Positions 62,301 to 64,000 of a stretch of 64,000 bases of DNA are shown here, in pieces. A program made the position numbers and the translations under genes. This DNA comes from the human T2T-CHM13v2.0 reference genome, Homo sapiens, in assembly GCF_009914755.1 (NCBI RefSeq), contig NC_060946.1. One strand, given 5' to 3'. The first letter of the stretch is position 1. Every line of letters begins with the position of its first letter. The notes beneath the pieces are model-generated. The model searched no databases and had not been told where the DNA came from. It worked only from the letters and a program-made list of their open reading frames with translations.

Positions 62301-62718
62301 CATGCGGCACCTCCCTTTCCTAAAGACCGTTTACAAAGGTGCTGGCATTGCGAGTTCCTGCGTTCATCATTCATGTAATACCAATTAGTGCCTCCCACAC
62401 TACAGTTCACAAAAGGCTGCCAAGCCCGGTGCTTGCTACCGTGCAGACCTGCAGCCAGTGGTCCCGGCCATGGCCCTGACAGGCTTCCAGAACTCTGCAG
62501 CTGACTCCCGGCCTGGAAATCTTACCCTAGGAACTGCCACAAAGTGAAAATTTCGTGGAACTGAATAGAGGTGGTGGTGGTTGTATTCAGTATTACAGGT
62601 GTACCAAATGCCACTGAATTATACATGGTAAAATGGTTAGTTTTATTTTATGTGACTTTCGCCTCAACTTTTTTTAAAAAGAACCACCACCACTTGCTGA
62701 GTGTTTATTTTGGGCCCG

Positions 62719-62766
62719 TACCGTGCTGATACCTTGCCGTGCTGATACCTTACTGTGCTGGTACCT
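62719..62766. repeat. Three tandem copies of a 16-bp unit (taccgtgctgatacct)
   Basis: Units at 62719, 62735 and 62751, differing by 1-2 nt from the first. Confidence 0.85.
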
Positions 62767-63062
62767 TGCATGAATCATCACCTCTCTTTGGGGTAGTTCT
62801 GCTGGGTGGCTCGGCATCGGTCCCTTCTGTGGGTGCCTCAGAAGGGTACAGGAGGGCCAGGTGACCTGTTAGTAATGGAGCGTTTGCTTCCTAGGTAAAG
62901 AAGCTCTCTGTGAGATTCTAGAGGAACCTGGTTACAGGGGATGCCTCTAGGAAGAGGGGGCTGGGGCAGGGGACAGAGATAGATTTACCTAGCTCCATTG
63001 TATACCACTTGAGAACTTTTACATTTTGTATCCTGTGAATGGTTACCAACTCAAAAGATAAT

Positions 63063-63368
63063 TCTTTTTTGCTTGTTTGTTTGTTTGTTTTGGAGATGGA
63101 GTTTCGCTCTCGTTGTCCAGGCTGGAGTGTGATGGCTCAATCTCTTTGCAACCTCCGCCTCCTGGGATCAAACGATTCTCCTGCCTCAGCCTCCCAAGTA
63201 GCCAGGATTACAGGCATGTGCCACCATGCCCAGCTACTTTTTTGTAGTTAGTAAAGACGGGGCTTCACCATGTTGGTCAGGCTGGTCTCAACTCCTGACC
63301 TCAGGTGATCCACCCACCTCAGCCTCCCAAAGTGCTGGGATTACAGGCGTGAGCCACCGCGCCCAGCT
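63063..63368 (-). mobile_element. Alu (AluS-like)
   Basis: TSD ctcaaaagataattct. Confidence 0.9.
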
Positions 63369-63757
63369 CAAAAGATAATTCTAAAGTCAAGGGAGAACAT
63401 CTTATCTACAGAAATGAAGCAAAGCACTGTCTCCATATTGTCATGTCAGGAATAAGCACACGGAGGCCCACCTAGATTCCCCTCTGGTGCATCCCTTTGG
63501 TGCACTCAGAGTCATGGTTTCCTCATCCATTGAAGAGCAGAGGTACTCCGGCCTCAGTGGCTACAAGAATCTAGTGACGATGGGACAATGTGTATAGAGC
63601 AGTCTCACACAGGGCCAGGCCCTGTGCCCAGGAAGTGTCTGTCATCTTCCTCCTCCCCATCTCATCCGGCCCTGCACCCCCCTCCTCTCCCACCCACGGT
63701 TTGAGTTTACCCATTCAGGACCCCCTCATGACTTTATGACTCCTGGTTTCTTCTCAG

Positions 63758-63842
63758 AGAAAGCCACAGATGGCTCCCTGCAGAGCGAGGACTGGGCCCT
63801 CAACATGGAGATCTGCGACATCATCAACGAGACGGAGGAAGG
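63758..63842 (+). CDS. TOM1: TOM1 exon 2, VHS domain ([29 protein letters not shown]); gene continues past the window
   Basis: ttctcag| acceptor, GG|gtaagg donor; phase 1 joins exon 1; canonical VHS helix motif. Confidence 0.96.
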
Positions 63843-64000
63843 GTAAGGGCCCCCCAAGGAGAGGTTGGGGGCAGAGACGGCCATCCCACCACGCAGCACA
63901 CTCCTGCACCCTTCCAGGGAGCCCCTGCCCCAGCCCCATTGCTGCCATAGCCACCAAGTCTGACCCAACCCGCTTGGCTGCAGAGGCCATCTGAGCCCCT

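Overview
Human (or very close primate) genomic DNA from the HMGXB4-TOM1 locus on chr22q, recognised from the encoded proteins. It holds the complete + strand HMGXB4 (HMG2L1) gene: a CpG-island promoter, a non-coding exon 1 ending at 3474 and 10 coding exons (ATG 8308 to TGA 39543). These splice at GT-AG sites into an uninterrupted 601-aa HMG-box protein, with a 3'UTR to about 41698. About 4 kb downstream on the same strand is the 5' end of TOM1: a CpG island with a perfect CLEAR palindrome, coding exon 1 (45807-45858) and exon 2 (63758-63842, VHS domain). The rest is intronic or intergenic and rich in repeats: about 40 Alus, plus MIR, L2, L1M, MLT1/MLT2 LTRs and MER1A, MER47A, MER58, MER5A and Charlie4-like DNA transposons. 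Repeat subfamily names come from recalled consensus sequences and their boundaries are approximate. Nearly all ORFs in the track are Alu- or GC-derived noise. I see no convincing new gene or new multi-gene system. The best leads are regulatory: (1) a TCT/TOP-like tract followed by a perfect TISU/YY1 element whose ATG opens a 15-codon uORF instead of the HMGXB4 ORF; (2) several routes to HMG-box-less HMGXB4 (Alu-flanked exon 2-5 circle, intron-5 polyadenylation, coding A10 frameshift); (3) a BET-ET-like motif in HMGXB4; (4) candidate alternative and poison TOM1 5' exons; (5) repair scars in intron 5, namely a 66-bp templated duplication and a filler insertion carrying a spacer-less inverted Alu hairpin.
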